DNA of 64,000 nucleotides from a virus: the IMG/VR virus record IMGVR_UViG_3300025759_000081, positions 2,558-66,557 of that record. The stretch is one strand, 5' to 3'. Below the pieces are notes generated by a model. The model worked only from the letters and a program-made list of their open reading frames with translations, did not search any database and had not been told where the DNA came from. The number at the start of each line of letters is the position of its first letter. The first letter of the stretch is position 1. Positions 24,613 to 34,094 of this stretch are shown one piece after another. A program made the translations under genes and the position numbers.

Positions 24613-25313
24613 TACATAAAAAAACTGCGCATACCTTCTAGTACAAACACTTGTTCTTTATTTTCCTTATTAGTATAATGCATTTCGTGTCGAAGTCTTG
24701 GCATTGTTTCAAAAAAATCTTGAATACCTTTAACTACTTCACCTGACATGCCATCCATAAAATTATGAATTTCATCTTCACTATAATCTTTAAAATCGTA
24801 AACGTCTTCATCAGACGCAAGTTTGTCTAAGCAAGAAACCATTATGTAATAATTTGACAATGGGTCGTTTGAATCATAAGTAGCAACTTGAAGAAATTCA
24901 TCAATTGATGGATACTTAAGAAACAAATAAAAATCATCGTTTATTTTAACTTTATTTGTATGACTTGGATTTCGTGTTATAGTAATATTTTCAATATCAA
25001 TTTCAAGATCTACTTTTTCGTCTGTATCAGGATCTCTTATAGAAAAATTGATTGCGTTATCTATAGACCTAGCTCTTAAACAAAGCATAATATATTCTAG
25101 ATCAAACATTGGTAAATCACCAATGTCCTTTCCAACTAAGCAATTATTTACGATTTGTTTCGCGGCAAGGATTTCTTGCTCAATATCATTTGATTCTTGA
25201 GCAATTAAAAGAATTTTTTCTTCTTTAACACTAAAGGGCCTGTATTTAATCTTCTCTCCGGTTGATGGTAATTCCAACTCAAAAAGTGGAAGATCGATTT
25301 TTGGTAAAACCAT
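24612..25313 (-). CDS. 26: gp26 baseplate hub subunit
   Basis: LPKI..P.FELELPSTGEKIKYRPF.VKEEKILL, FDLEY..L.LRARS, and LEG...FF. Confidence 0.88.
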   Translation of the reverse strand: MVLPKIDLPLFELELPSTGEKIKYRPFSVKEEKILLIAQESNDIEQEILAAKQIVNNCLVGKDIGDLPMFDLEYIMLCLRARSIDNAINFSIRDPDTDEKVDLEIDIENITITRNPSHTNKVKINDDFYLFLKYPSIDEFLQVATYDSNDPLSNYYIMVSCLDKLASDEDVYDFKDYSEDEIHNFMDGMSGEVVKGIQDFFETMPRLRHEMHYTNKENKEQVFVLEGMRSFFM

Positions 25314-25337
25314 AATATATTCTCCTAATCAATCGCT

Positions 25338-26105
25338 TTAAATACGATCTGAAATGTTGTCAAACGAGTTTCTTACTCGATTCAATCTATTAACTGCATC
25401 CTGAATGCTCGTTGGGCTGTTTCCTTGATTTATAGTTTGTCTTACTACGTCTGTAAAACCAGCAACAGCACCAATTAACCCTAATAATCCATCACCTCTA
25501 TTTAAACGTCCTCTTCCTCCTACTTTTTCTCCACTATAAGAAATGCGGTCGTAAGAAAAACTGATTGGCATTTGAAGAAAAGAATCGTTTTCACTCCATG
25601 CTAATTGAACATCGCCAACTGCAATTGGAAACGCTTTTTCTAATTTTGTTTCATAATATCTCGATTCAAAGCTATCAGTAGTATAGTGATGGATTGTAAT
25701 ATCCGTTGAATACTCGTCTTTATAACCTACTTCATAGGGTAACTTTCCATCTACTTCAGAAAAATTGCCACCAGCTGTTCCATAGTTAATTATTTGCTGT
25801 GCCCATTGATGAAAAAACGAGATGATTTGATGACTCGAATCACAAAGAAAAAGTCCACTCACTGGCTCTGTAGTAATTCCCATTGGATATACTTTTTGCC
25901 TTTGGCCTACATGAATTTGAGTTGCTTGTTCAAAATTAATTCCAGGAACCGAAATTTGCGAGCAAAAGAATCTAAAATCTCTTGGAGATACAAGAGCAGA
26001 AACTCCTCGAGGAAGTCGATTAATTCTTACTTCAAAAAGATTTGTTCGAGCGGGGCCGCCAAATCGATCGAAAGTAGATTTAAAATCACTTATGTTGAAT
26101 GGCAT
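25338..26105 (-). CDS. 54: Tail tube initiator (gp54-like, tail-tube fold)
   Basis: GPARTNLFEV.I, FFCSQISVPG and AFPI.VG..QL.W.....FLQ....FSY; adjacent to gp2 and gp26. Confidence 0.65.
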   Translation of the reverse strand: MPFNISDFKSTFDRFGGPARTNLFEVRINRLPRGVSALVSPRDFRFFCSQISVPGINFEQATQIHVGQRQKVYPMGITTEPVSGLFLCDSSHQIISFFHQWAQQIINYGTAGGNFSEVDGKLPYEVGYKDEYSTDITIHHYTTDSFESRYYETKLEKAFPIAVGDVQLAWSENDSFLQMPISFSYDRISYSGEKVGGRGRLNRGDGLLGLIGAVAGFTDVVRQTINQGNSPTSIQDAVNRLNRVRNSFDNISDRI

Positions 26106-26717
26106 TTACTTAAATCTCCCTGCTATAATATTTTTAGATTCGCGCCAAACTTGTCTCTTATCTGCACCTTCAAATCTAGCAGTTGGTAAGAAGAGTGCAA
26201 TGTCCCATTCTGCGGGTTCAACTAATATAAATCTAGTTCTAATTTGTGAATCTAAATAATGTTTAAAAGTTGGTGCAAATTCTCTATATTTTCTTACGCT
26301 ATTCAAAATGTCATAACTGATTTTAATTCGAGTTGTTTCATCATATTTTTTATTAGTAACAGTAGTATAAAGTGCGTCCATTAATTTTGCACGTAAAAGA
26401 GGCGGAAGATAGTGCATATTTAAGCCCTGAAATCCACCTTCTGTTCTATTTATTGGAAACACGAGAGGGAATGTGTCATAGTATGGAAGAGTCTTTTTAT
26501 GTTTTGGATCGTATCGAAACATATACATAGATCCGAGTCTAATTTCGTAAGTAGCAGAAGCTCGTTTTTCACGAATAATTTTCTTAGGATCGGCTTCTGC
26601 AACTGTAAATCTTTTTGCTTGATTACGATACCAACTACGGGCGTCTTTTGTTCGACCCGGCGCTTTACCGGATTTTATTCCTTTCAATAAGATTTCATCG
26701 AATGTTGATGCTGCCAT
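26106..26717 (-). CDS. 2: gp2 DNA end protector
   Basis: G.MYMFRYDPKHKKTLPYYDTFPLV, GLNMHYLPP.LR, and KHYL..QI. Confidence 0.92.
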   Translation of the reverse strand: MAASTFDEILLKGIKSGKAPGRTKDARSWYRNQAKRFTVAEADPKKIIREKRASATYEIRLGSMYMFRYDPKHKKTLPYYDTFPLVFPINRTEGGFQGLNMHYLPPLLRAKLMDALYTTVTNKKYDETTRIKISYDILNSVRKYREFAPTFKHYLDSQIRTRFILVEPAEWDIALFLPTARFEGADKRQVWRESKNIIAGRFK

Positions 26718-27179
26718 CTACTTAATCCCTAATTCGTGTTCTGTATATATTGCAAATTCCCAACCTTTACTTTCACAAAATTGTCTAGCTGCTTTCCACT
26801 TAGCTTCATTGACTCCCCACGTTTTAACCTCGTTCAAATATCTTCTCGATATTCTTCCAGATTTCGTAGCATTTTTTTTACTCACATCTGGCGGTTTAGT
26901 CTGAGCTTTAGGTTTAATTTCAATCATAATTGTTTTTGGGACACTAGTTTTTTTATCTCTTACATGGACAATTACATCAGGAAAATATCTGTGTGACTTT
27001 CCATCGATTGGTGATCTATATGGAACGATCACTTCTTCAGATTGCCACCAAATAACATCCGGATGCTTGTCTACATGACGAAAAAATTTAAACTCCCAAA
27101 GGGACCTATAAATTATTTTTGTAGGATCTCCTTTGTACTTTCCAGGGTTTTCTGGTCGAAATCTACCTTTGTATGCCAT
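26718..27179 (-). CDS. 4: gp4 head completion nuclease (TnsA-like)
   Basis: AYKGRFRP.NP.KYKGDPT.IIYRSLWE, HRYFPD, IEIKP, and N.AKW.AA. Confidence 0.93.
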   Translation of the reverse strand: MAYKGRFRPENPGKYKGDPTKIIYRSLWEFKFFRHVDKHPDVIWWQSEEVIVPYRSPIDGKSHRYFPDVIVHVRDKKTSVPKTIMIEIKPKAQTKPPDVSKKNATKSGRISRRYLNEVKTWGVNEAKWKAARQFCESKGWEFAIYTEHELGIK

Positions 27180-27191
27180 TTAAAAAATCAA

Positions 27192-27199
27192 TATAAATA
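27192..27199 (+). promoter_or_regulatory. Late promoter TATAAATA for gp48 and downstream genes
   Basis: Exact consensus in the divergent gp4/gp48 gap. A minus-strand variant, GATAAATA (27230-27223), may serve gp4. Confidence 0.7.
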
Positions 27200-27247
27200 A
27201 GTGGATAGAGTTAGCTCAATACTATTTATCTTAGTTAGGAAAAACAA

Positions 27248-28351
27248 ATGTCATCAACGCGACCAGAAATCGTTATTAATCGTGCAAAAGGTAATACGCG
27301 AATTGGTAGGTTTAGCTTTCCAGCTGTGCCATATCCGCACACGATTTTGTTAAACTTTAAAAAATACGATTATAAAAATATTGATGAAAGATATAATCAA
27401 CAAGTAGCACAAAATATTGGCAGTGTCAACGCAGAAGGAAGATTTGAAGCTGCAACGTCCTTAAGAGAACAAACCACAATTGAACTTCCGTTTCCAAATC
27501 AAATATTAGATAGTCTCAGTATTAACATAGTAGGTATGGAAAGAGATGTTATTGTAGATACAATTGCTTCAGGCCTTGGAAGTTTGATAAACAGTGATGC
27601 TTCGCTAGCTTCTGTTCCAGGTCAACTTGGAGACGCAGCCCAGAAAATAGCCAAGCTTACCGAAGACGCGGGTAAAGCTTTTGCGAGAATGACATCAAAT
27701 GAAAACGGAGGTATGGCTGCCGGACTTATGGACGGAATTACGTCAGCATTAGAAGATTTGAAAATTTCTTCTGCAGCTCAAGCAGCTACATATTTAGTAA
27801 GTAGTCTAAGCCCAGCAATCGGTCAATCAGTCAATAATATTACTGGCACAGCAATGAATCCTCGTGAAACACTTACGTTTAGAGGAGTTAATTTGAGAAG
27901 CTTTACGTTTAACTGGGATATGTATCCTTCTAATGAAGCAGACTCTGAACAAATTAGACAAATCATAGCTACACTAAAAAGAAACGCATTACCTAGTACA
28001 GAAACGTTAGGCGATGAAAATGGTGTTGGTATTTCAAGATTGTTTTTTAATTATCCAGCAACCGTTGAATTATCGCTTCTTGGCATAGATCCGTCATTTT
28101 TCCCAAGATTCAAACCGTGTATGATAAGTCAAGTAGATGTTAACTACGGTGGAAATTCCGCTGCGCTTCCAATTATTAAAGGCGGTAAGCCTGGTGTAGT
28201 AAGTTTAACAGTAGCATTTACAGAACTTAACACTGAATCTGCTGAAGATTATCAGACTGTAGGTGCTGGAACACCGGCCGTATCAGAAACTGAATCACCA
28301 AATTTTGATGAACTAGGTAGTTTCGGGATACCCGGAACTGCCCAGGCCTAA
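27248..28351 (+). CDS. 48: gp48 baseplate tail-tube cap
   Basis: I.LP.PN.I.D, NPRETLTF.GVNLRSF.F.W...P.N..DS..I.QI, and FKPC.I..V.VNY. Confidence 0.8.
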   Translation: MSSTRPEIVINRAKGNTRIGRFSFPAVPYPHTILLNFKKYDYKNIDERYNQQVAQNIGSVNAEGRFEAATSLREQTTIELPFPNQILDSLSINIVGMERDVIVDTIASGLGSLINSDASLASVPGQLGDAAQKIAKLTEDAGKAFARMTSNENGGMAAGLMDGITSALEDLKISSAAQAATYLVSSLSPAIGQSVNNITGTAMNPRETLTFRGVNLRSFTFNWDMYPSNEADSEQIRQIIATLKRNALPSTETLGDENGVGISRLFFNYPATVELSLLGIDPSFFPRFKPCMISQVDVNYGGNSAALPIIKGGKPGVVSLTVAFTELNTESAEDYQTVGAGTPAVSETESPNFDELGSFGIPGTAQA

Positions 28352-28375
28352 AGAAGAGCGTAAAAGGAGTAAAAG

Positions 28376-28750
28376 TTGAAATATTTTGAACATTTTCCCG
28401 TTATAACATATCAAGGTGTACGTGTAAAAGATATTACTCGACGTGCTGAGTTTGTTAAAACTATTTCTAACAATCCATATTTGCACTTACCATATACTGT
28501 TAAAGAAAATGAAAGACCTCAAGATATTGCACTTGATTATTATGGAAGTGTTGATTATGATTGGTTAGTTCTTTTAGCTAATAATATTATTGATCCTTAT
28601 TACCAATGGCCTTTATCAGATAAAGATTTTAAAAACTATTTGATTGAAAAATATACAGATCAATCTGGTGAAGAAGGTGAGGCAGTTATTGATTGGCTTA
28701 GAGATCAAACAATAGAAGACAACGTTGTCTATTATTATAAACCGTTATAA
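28376..28750 (+). CDS. 53: gp53 baseplate wedge, N-terminal part (TTG start)
   Basis: YF..FP.I.Y, Y.VKENERPQDIA.DYYG...YDWLVLLANNIIDPYYQWP. SD AGGAG lies 6 nt before the TTG. Confidence 0.82.
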   Translation: MKYFEHFPVITYQGVRVKDITRRAEFVKTISNNPYLHLPYTVKENERPQDIALDYYGSVDYDWLVLLANNIIDPYYQWPLSDKDFKNYLIEKYTDQSGEEGEAVIDWLRDQTIEDNVVYYYKPL

Positions 28751-28761
28751 GGATATTGTAA

Positions 28762-29013
28762 ATGGCTCTTGAACAGCTTATCTTATCTCCGGATTCTTTC
28801 CAAACAATTTATCTTCGTAAAGAAGACCGAGTTATTATACGTACTGAAAAAGGCGAAAAGATTATTATTAAAAGAATCATTCCAGATGATTGGGTTGCTT
28901 ATCGCTTGTATGATTATGAAGTTGATTTAAACGATAATAAAAAAGAAATTCTTTTATTCGATAAGAAATATTTGAATCAAATTAACAGAGAATTCAAAGC
29001 AGCGGTAAGCTAA
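28762..29013 (+). CDS. Probable C-terminal part of gp53 encoded as a separate gene
   Basis: YDYEVDLNDNKKEILL.DKKYL.QI..EF resembles the usual gp53 C terminus. It has its own SD (AAGGA) and ATG. Confidence 0.6.
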   Translation: MALEQLILSPDSFQTIYLRKEDRVIIRTEKGEKIIIKRIIPDDWVAYRLYDYEVDLNDNKKEILLFDKKYLNQINREFKAAVS

Positions 29014-29014
29014 A

Positions 29015-30376
29015 ATGGCAGAAGAATTTGCACCTGCATCGATACGTATTACAAAAGCTGAGTTAATATCGTATACTGAAAAATCTCAAGATATTATTCC
29101 ATTGATTGTATCGGTTCAAATATCTCAGTCAATGAGTTCTTCTCGTTGGGTGGGAACAATGCAGGTTTTAGACCACGTTGGTTTACTTGAAACATGGCCT
29201 TTAAGAGGAGAAGAAAAACTTAATTTAAGTTTAATTGGTGATGACTTAGGTACCGAAGTTGATTTAGAGTGTCAAGTTTTAGTGGTTGACAACGTTCAGC
29301 CAGCAGAAAATGGTACTGGCCTTTTTTATAGAATAATGTTTGTTTCAAGATTAACTTACTTATCTGGATTGAAAAACGTTATAGAACCACACTCAAAAGT
29401 ACTCGCTTCAGAAGCAGCTAAAAAAGTTTTTGATAAACATTATGCTAATACTATTGATCCAGTAGAAACAGACACTCTAACAAAAAACGAGACGCTTGCC
29501 TTTGATACGAAAAAATTTAATATTAGCAATCATAAAAACAAAAAGCTTTACATACAAAAATCTGAAGGACAAATTAAAGCAATTATACCAAATTTAGATC
29601 CAGCTTCTTCGATGGATTTTTTAGCATCGCGGTGTTACAGTCCTAATTCACCATCGAGTTCATTTAGATTTTTTGAAACTCTAAGAAATTTTTATTTTGT
29701 AACAGATGAATTTTTAGTTAAAAGAGCAATAGATAATCCAACACAAATTAAGCCCTTTAAATATGGTGCTTATACAACTCAACTTCCTAACGAACCTCTT
29801 GCTCAAATCGAAACACTATTTACTATGAATAACGATAGAAGAATTGATACTGGTTCTGATATATTAAATGGCGGATATCGAAACAGCGCTTTTGAAATAG
29901 ATATAGTAAGAAGAACGGCAAAGTATAGACACTTTAATTATTTAGAAAAAGGCGGTTATCTTGATATGGAAGGTAAAGTAAGAAAAGTTCAAGATGATCT
30001 TCACTCAGAAGAGTACCTTAAAGATAGCTCGGTTTTTTCTTCTGAGAATGGATTTGAGTTTTTAATTTTTAGAGACTATCAACAATCTGGTGCGATTCCA
30101 GGTTCATTGAGATCAGATCAATATTTTACTGAAATTACTTCTAATAAAATTTCATATCGTCATCATTTAAATAAATTAATAGTAAGTGCTTCTTGCGCTG
30201 GTAGATTAGATATTGAACCAGGAATGGTTGTTAATGTTGAAGCAAGAGAAATGGGTGCACAAAGAGAATTAAAAGAAAATCAAAAGCTATCTGGTAATTA
30301 TTTAGTTTTTGGAACGAGTCACGATATTCAAGCTGGAAATTGTAGTACTTCTTTATCATTGGTTAAATACGGGTAA
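29015..30376 (+). CDS. Baseplate hub protein (gp27-like position)
   Basis: 453 aa between gp53 and gp5, ending in LSG.YLV....H.I. Assignment is mainly by synteny. Confidence 0.55.
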   Translation: MAEEFAPASIRITKAELISYTEKSQDIIPLIVSVQISQSMSSSRWVGTMQVLDHVGLLETWPLRGEEKLNLSLIGDDLGTEVDLECQVLVVDNVQPAENGTGLFYRIMFVSRLTYLSGLKNVIEPHSKVLASEAAKKVFDKHYANTIDPVETDTLTKNETLAFDTKKFNISNHKNKKLYIQKSEGQIKAIIPNLDPASSMDFLASRCYSPNSPSSSFRFFETLRNFYFVTDEFLVKRAIDNPTQIKPFKYGAYTTQLPNEPLAQIETLFTMNNDRRIDTGSDILNGGYRNSAFEIDIVRRTAKYRHFNYLEKGGYLDMEGKVRKVQDDLHSEEYLKDSSVFSSENGFEFLIFRDYQQSGAIPGSLRSDQYFTEITSNKISYRHHLNKLIVSASCAGRLDIEPGMVVNVEAREMGAQRELKENQKLSGNYLVFGTSHDIQAGNCSTSLSLVKYG

Positions 30377-30379
30377 AAC

Positions 30380-32107
30380 ATGGCACTAGGTTTAGATCAT
30401 CCACTATTTTTTATCGGCGTTGTCGAAAACAATGACGATCCGCAGCTCGAAGGAAGAGTGCAGGTCCGTGCGTTTGGCATTCATGGAACAAGAGATCAAG
30501 TACCCACGACCGAATTACCTTGGGCATTATGTTCTCGAGGAGAATATGGATTAATTTTTAATCTTCCTGGGCTTAATTCATTTGTATGGGGTATGTTTGT
30601 AGACGGTGAAGAAGCTCAACAACCTATTATTCTTGGTCTATTGCCTTCTCAATTGGCCGAACCGATATCTCCTGCACAAAATGGCTGGGGTGTTATTCCT
30701 CATAGAGATGGAAATCTTTTAGCTCAAGGCTCGGCTCCAAGAGATTTTGGACAGCCTCAAAACTCAAGACTCACGCGCGGCGAAGATCTTCAGGAAACAT
30801 ATGTTCTTGGCCAAGAAATGAATCGCTGCGAAGACATGAAAATTGCAGGAACAGATGAAGTGTGGTCTGAACCTTCTTCAGCTTACGCTACTAATTATCC
30901 TCATAATAAAACTATTGAAACAACGCATCACTCGATTGAACTCGATGATACACCTGGTGCTGAACGTATCATGATTCGCCATAAAGAAGGCGGTTATATA
31001 CAAATTGATTCAAAAGGTAATATGACTCAAAAAGCAACAGGTGATCAATTTGATGTTAGCTGTGGAAATAAACACGAATATGTAGAATGCAAACACGTCG
31101 TCACGATTGGTGGGGATGCCCGTGTATATGTAAAAGGTAATAAGATAGAAGAAATCGAAGGAGATTATACACAAATTGTTCATGGAAACGCGCTATATTC
31201 TTCTGGTGGGCAGGTAACAATATTAGGAAGTGAACAGGTTCAAATTGCAGCTGCTGATGTTAAGTTAGAAGCAAAAGTTGGTACACTTGGTATAAAGGCA
31301 GTTAAAAACATACAATTAGATTCTCTTTCTGCAATTAACATGACATCATTAAGAGAAATGCATACAACAGCGTTTACTTATGAAGTTACCTCAGGCCAAG
31401 TGATTAATATGATCACTGGCACGGGTGGAGCCTTTGGTGATATTAACATGACGAGTTCGAACATGTTTATTACCACGACTGGTGCTGCTCCTCCAGTAAC
31501 TCCAAATCCTCTTATTGCAGTAGGTACACCATTAGGACTTACACCAGAGCCAACTAAAACTGCTGCATATGCTCTACAACCTGGGTTTTTCATGACGGCC
31601 GCAAACGCAAACATTCAAACTCTAGGAATAACATCAATCAACTCTCTCGGTGTTTTAGAAATCGAAGCAGCAGGTTTAATTAATATTAACGCTTTAGCAG
31701 CTATGAATATTAAATCTACAAGTTTTGCAGTGGATGCTGGATCTATTCAATTAGAAGCAGATGCGTTTTTAAACTTAAGTTCATCGCTTGCAACGGAAAT
31801 TAAAGGAACTACAACAGCATTAGAAGGCACAACATCAGTAGATATATTAGGTGCGGATGTAGCAATCGATACTTTAGTTAATATTGGTTCTGGAGTAGCT
31901 AGCTCAGCAAATATTACTCAAATAGTTCCTATACCGACGACAATAGTTCCTTCTTGGATTCCGACTGTGCCATTCCCAATACTACCTACTGAAGGTACGA
32001 AAGTTCCAAATCCTCCGGCAAAAAGTACTAAAATTCAATTGACTAATCCTTGTGGATCTGGTGGGTCAGGCGGGTTTGTTTCACCAGATCCAGACGTAGA
32101 GAGCTAA
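30380..32107 (+). CDS. 5: gp5 baseplate hub / tail spike without a lysozyme domain
   Basis: OB-fold start FFIGVVENNDDP..EGRVQVR.FG.H...ELPWA, YP.NKTI.T..H.IELDDTPGAERI..RH..G, and beta-repeats. No T4-lysozyme insert was seen. Confidence 0.88.
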   Translation: MALGLDHPLFFIGVVENNDDPQLEGRVQVRAFGIHGTRDQVPTTELPWALCSRGEYGLIFNLPGLNSFVWGMFVDGEEAQQPIILGLLPSQLAEPISPAQNGWGVIPHRDGNLLAQGSAPRDFGQPQNSRLTRGEDLQETYVLGQEMNRCEDMKIAGTDEVWSEPSSAYATNYPHNKTIETTHHSIELDDTPGAERIMIRHKEGGYIQIDSKGNMTQKATGDQFDVSCGNKHEYVECKHVVTIGGDARVYVKGNKIEEIEGDYTQIVHGNALYSSGGQVTILGSEQVQIAAADVKLEAKVGTLGIKAVKNIQLDSLSAINMTSLREMHTTAFTYEVTSGQVINMITGTGGAFGDINMTSSNMFITTTGAAPPVTPNPLIAVGTPLGLTPEPTKTAAYALQPGFFMTAANANIQTLGITSINSLGVLEIEAAGLININALAAMNIKSTSFAVDAGSIQLEADAFLNLSSSLATEIKGTTTALEGTTSVDILGADVAIDTLVNIGSGVASSANITQIVPIPTTIVPSWIPTVPFPILPTEGTKVPNPPAKSTKIQLTNPCGSGGSGGFVSPDPDVES

Positions 32108-32118
32108 GGAGAATTTAA

Positions 32119-33681
32119 ATGATTGACGATTGCGATACTTCACAAACAGCACAAAGCAATTTAAATCGGGCCCGCGGCCCTTTTACTAATGTAAATGGCG
32201 AATTTAATCTCGACCAAGTGGATAAATTTGCAGAAGAGCTTGCTCAAAGTATCCTAGAAGAAAGACAAACTAATCCAGAAGTCATTCTTTTTAATAGATA
32301 TGGTGACTCCTTTTATGATTCAAATAAAGCCTTAAATGGCAGTATTAAGAATAGATTGATTGGTTCTGGTGCTTTAGCTCAATATCCCGATCTTGCATCT
32401 CGGTGGGATAAAGGAAACATAAGCACACTTGAAACTGCTTTATTTTTAGAAAATGCGAATCTTACGCCGCAAGGTTTGATCGATAAATCTAATGATGGCG
32501 GTATTGATAATTTAGCTTTTCAATTAGACGCTTATTATAAGAATTCTTTTACTCAAAGTATTATGGGAGGTTTTTGTTCTTCTTTACCAGGATTGTTTGG
32601 CGCGATTGACGCGTTCTTTGATATTATTGATAAAATAGATGGATTGATTGACGATGCTATTAGTTTCTTAAATAAAATTAAAAATTATGAAGATCCTCTT
32701 AAAGCAGCGATAGAAGGTATAACGGTTCAAGCTTTACTTAAAAAAATTAAAGAATTAGTTACAGAATCAATAACTAAAATTTTTGATAAAATTATGAGCG
32801 CTATTGAAAACTTCAATATTGAAAATATTATTGGAGATATCAATACATTTGTTAGAGAAGATGTAATTAAAAGAATCGTTACAGCAAAAGAGCGGATGTG
32901 TCTTTTCTTTAATGATGAGAATAAGAAAAAAATTCAAAATAAAGTAAAGGGCTTAATTGATTACATCACTGGAATATTTGATAGTCCAGGAATTCAAGAG
33001 ATTCAATTTATGCTTACTAAGTTTTGTTCTTTGATTGGACAAATCGAAGGACTAATGAATGACATTAAAAAACCACTCGACACTTTTGGTGGAAAATATA
33101 GTCGAATATCAAATAGACTTCAAAGAATTTCAAATATCAATACCTCATCTGCCGTAAGAGCAGGTGCGATTCGTTTTTCTAATGAAAAGAAAAAAGAGGT
33201 AATAAATACTATAGAAGAAGATTGGGAAAGCGAAGCTTCCGAAGTTTTTACACCAACTGGAGAAAAACCAGTTAATGCAAAGCCACCGACCCTCGCTGAG
33301 TATGGAAAGCTACCAAAGTGTAAAGCTGTAAAAAATGGAAGCGAGCCACGAGTTAAAATCTCTGGCGATTGGGTTGATGATGAAGATTGTGGATTAGAAG
33401 GATGGGTAAATATTGATGTTGATTTAAAAGTCTATCTTATGAGAGTACAATCAGAGGTAGGTGGACAACTTAATGTTATTTCTGGGTATAGAAGTCAACA
33501 ATATAACGCAAAAATAGGTGGAGCTGCAGAATCAAGTCATATGACCGGATTAGTAATAGATATTGAACCGGTTAAAGATTCAGAAGCTTTTGCAAAAATA
33601 GCACTTACAAAAGGTTTTAAAACAGTTAAAGTTTATTCAGATAGAATCCACTTAAGTATACAACCAAGGCCAGCGGCATGA
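32119..33681 (+). CDS. Structural protein with C-terminal peptidase M15A domain
   Basis: VISGYRS..YNAKIGGA..SSHM.G..ID...RIH.SI is the Zn D-Ala-D-Ala peptidase pattern. The N-terminal region is helical. Confidence 0.75.
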   Translation: MIDDCDTSQTAQSNLNRARGPFTNVNGEFNLDQVDKFAEELAQSILEERQTNPEVILFNRYGDSFYDSNKALNGSIKNRLIGSGALAQYPDLASRWDKGNISTLETALFLENANLTPQGLIDKSNDGGIDNLAFQLDAYYKNSFTQSIMGGFCSSLPGLFGAIDAFFDIIDKIDGLIDDAISFLNKIKNYEDPLKAAIEGITVQALLKKIKELVTESITKIFDKIMSAIENFNIENIIGDINTFVREDVIKRIVTAKERMCLFFNDENKKKIQNKVKGLIDYITGIFDSPGIQEIQFMLTKFCSLIGQIEGLMNDIKKPLDTFGGKYSRISNRLQRISNINTSSAVRAGAIRFSNEKKKEVINTIEEDWESEASEVFTPTGEKPVNAKPPTLAEYGKLPKCKAVKNGSEPRVKISGDWVDDEDCGLEGWVNIDVDLKVYLMRVQSEVGGQLNVISGYRSQQYNAKIGGAAESSHMTGLVIDIEPVKDSEAFAKIALTKGFKTVKVYSDRIHLSIQPRPAA

Positions 33682-34094
33682 CGATAGATGTTTTTACACC
33701 TACGACTAAAAAAGTCTCAATTTATTCTGACTTTCGTAAAGATTTGTCGCGCAGCCCATTGTCTGAAGATATAATTATTCTTAAAGACGAAGATGCAGTT
33801 AAAGAATCTATTAAAAATCTTTTGTTAACAGATCCAAGAGAAAGACCAATGCAACCGTTTCTCGGTGCCGGCCTTAGACAACTTCTCTTTGAAAATATTA
33901 CACCATCTACAATTAAGATTATAGAAGATAAAGTAAAAACGACAATTGAACTATATGAACCTCGTGCAGAATTAATAGATGTTCAAGTCACCTCTGCAAT
34001 AGATGATAACACGGTCAGAATTTTAGTGAAATTCTATATAATTAATGTTTCTCAGCCAATTACTCTAGACCTTATTTTAGAAAGGATAAGATAA
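33678..34094 (+). CDS. 25: gp25 baseplate wedge subunit
   Basis: DEDAVKESIKNLLLT...ERP.QP..G..L..LLFE and YEPRA.L..V.V. Confidence 0.93.
   Translation: MTIDVFTPTTKKVSIYSDFRKDLSRSPLSEDIIILKDEDAVKESIKNLLLTDPRERPMQPFLGAGLRQLLFENITPSTIKIIEDKVKTTIELYEPRAELIDVQVTSAIDDNTVRILVKFYIINVSQPITLDLILERIR

Noticed and set aside
26718-27179. TnsA-like nuclease as a transposon gene
   Set aside because: Sequence and position beside gp2 and gp48 identify it as core head-completion gp4. No terminal repeats were seen.
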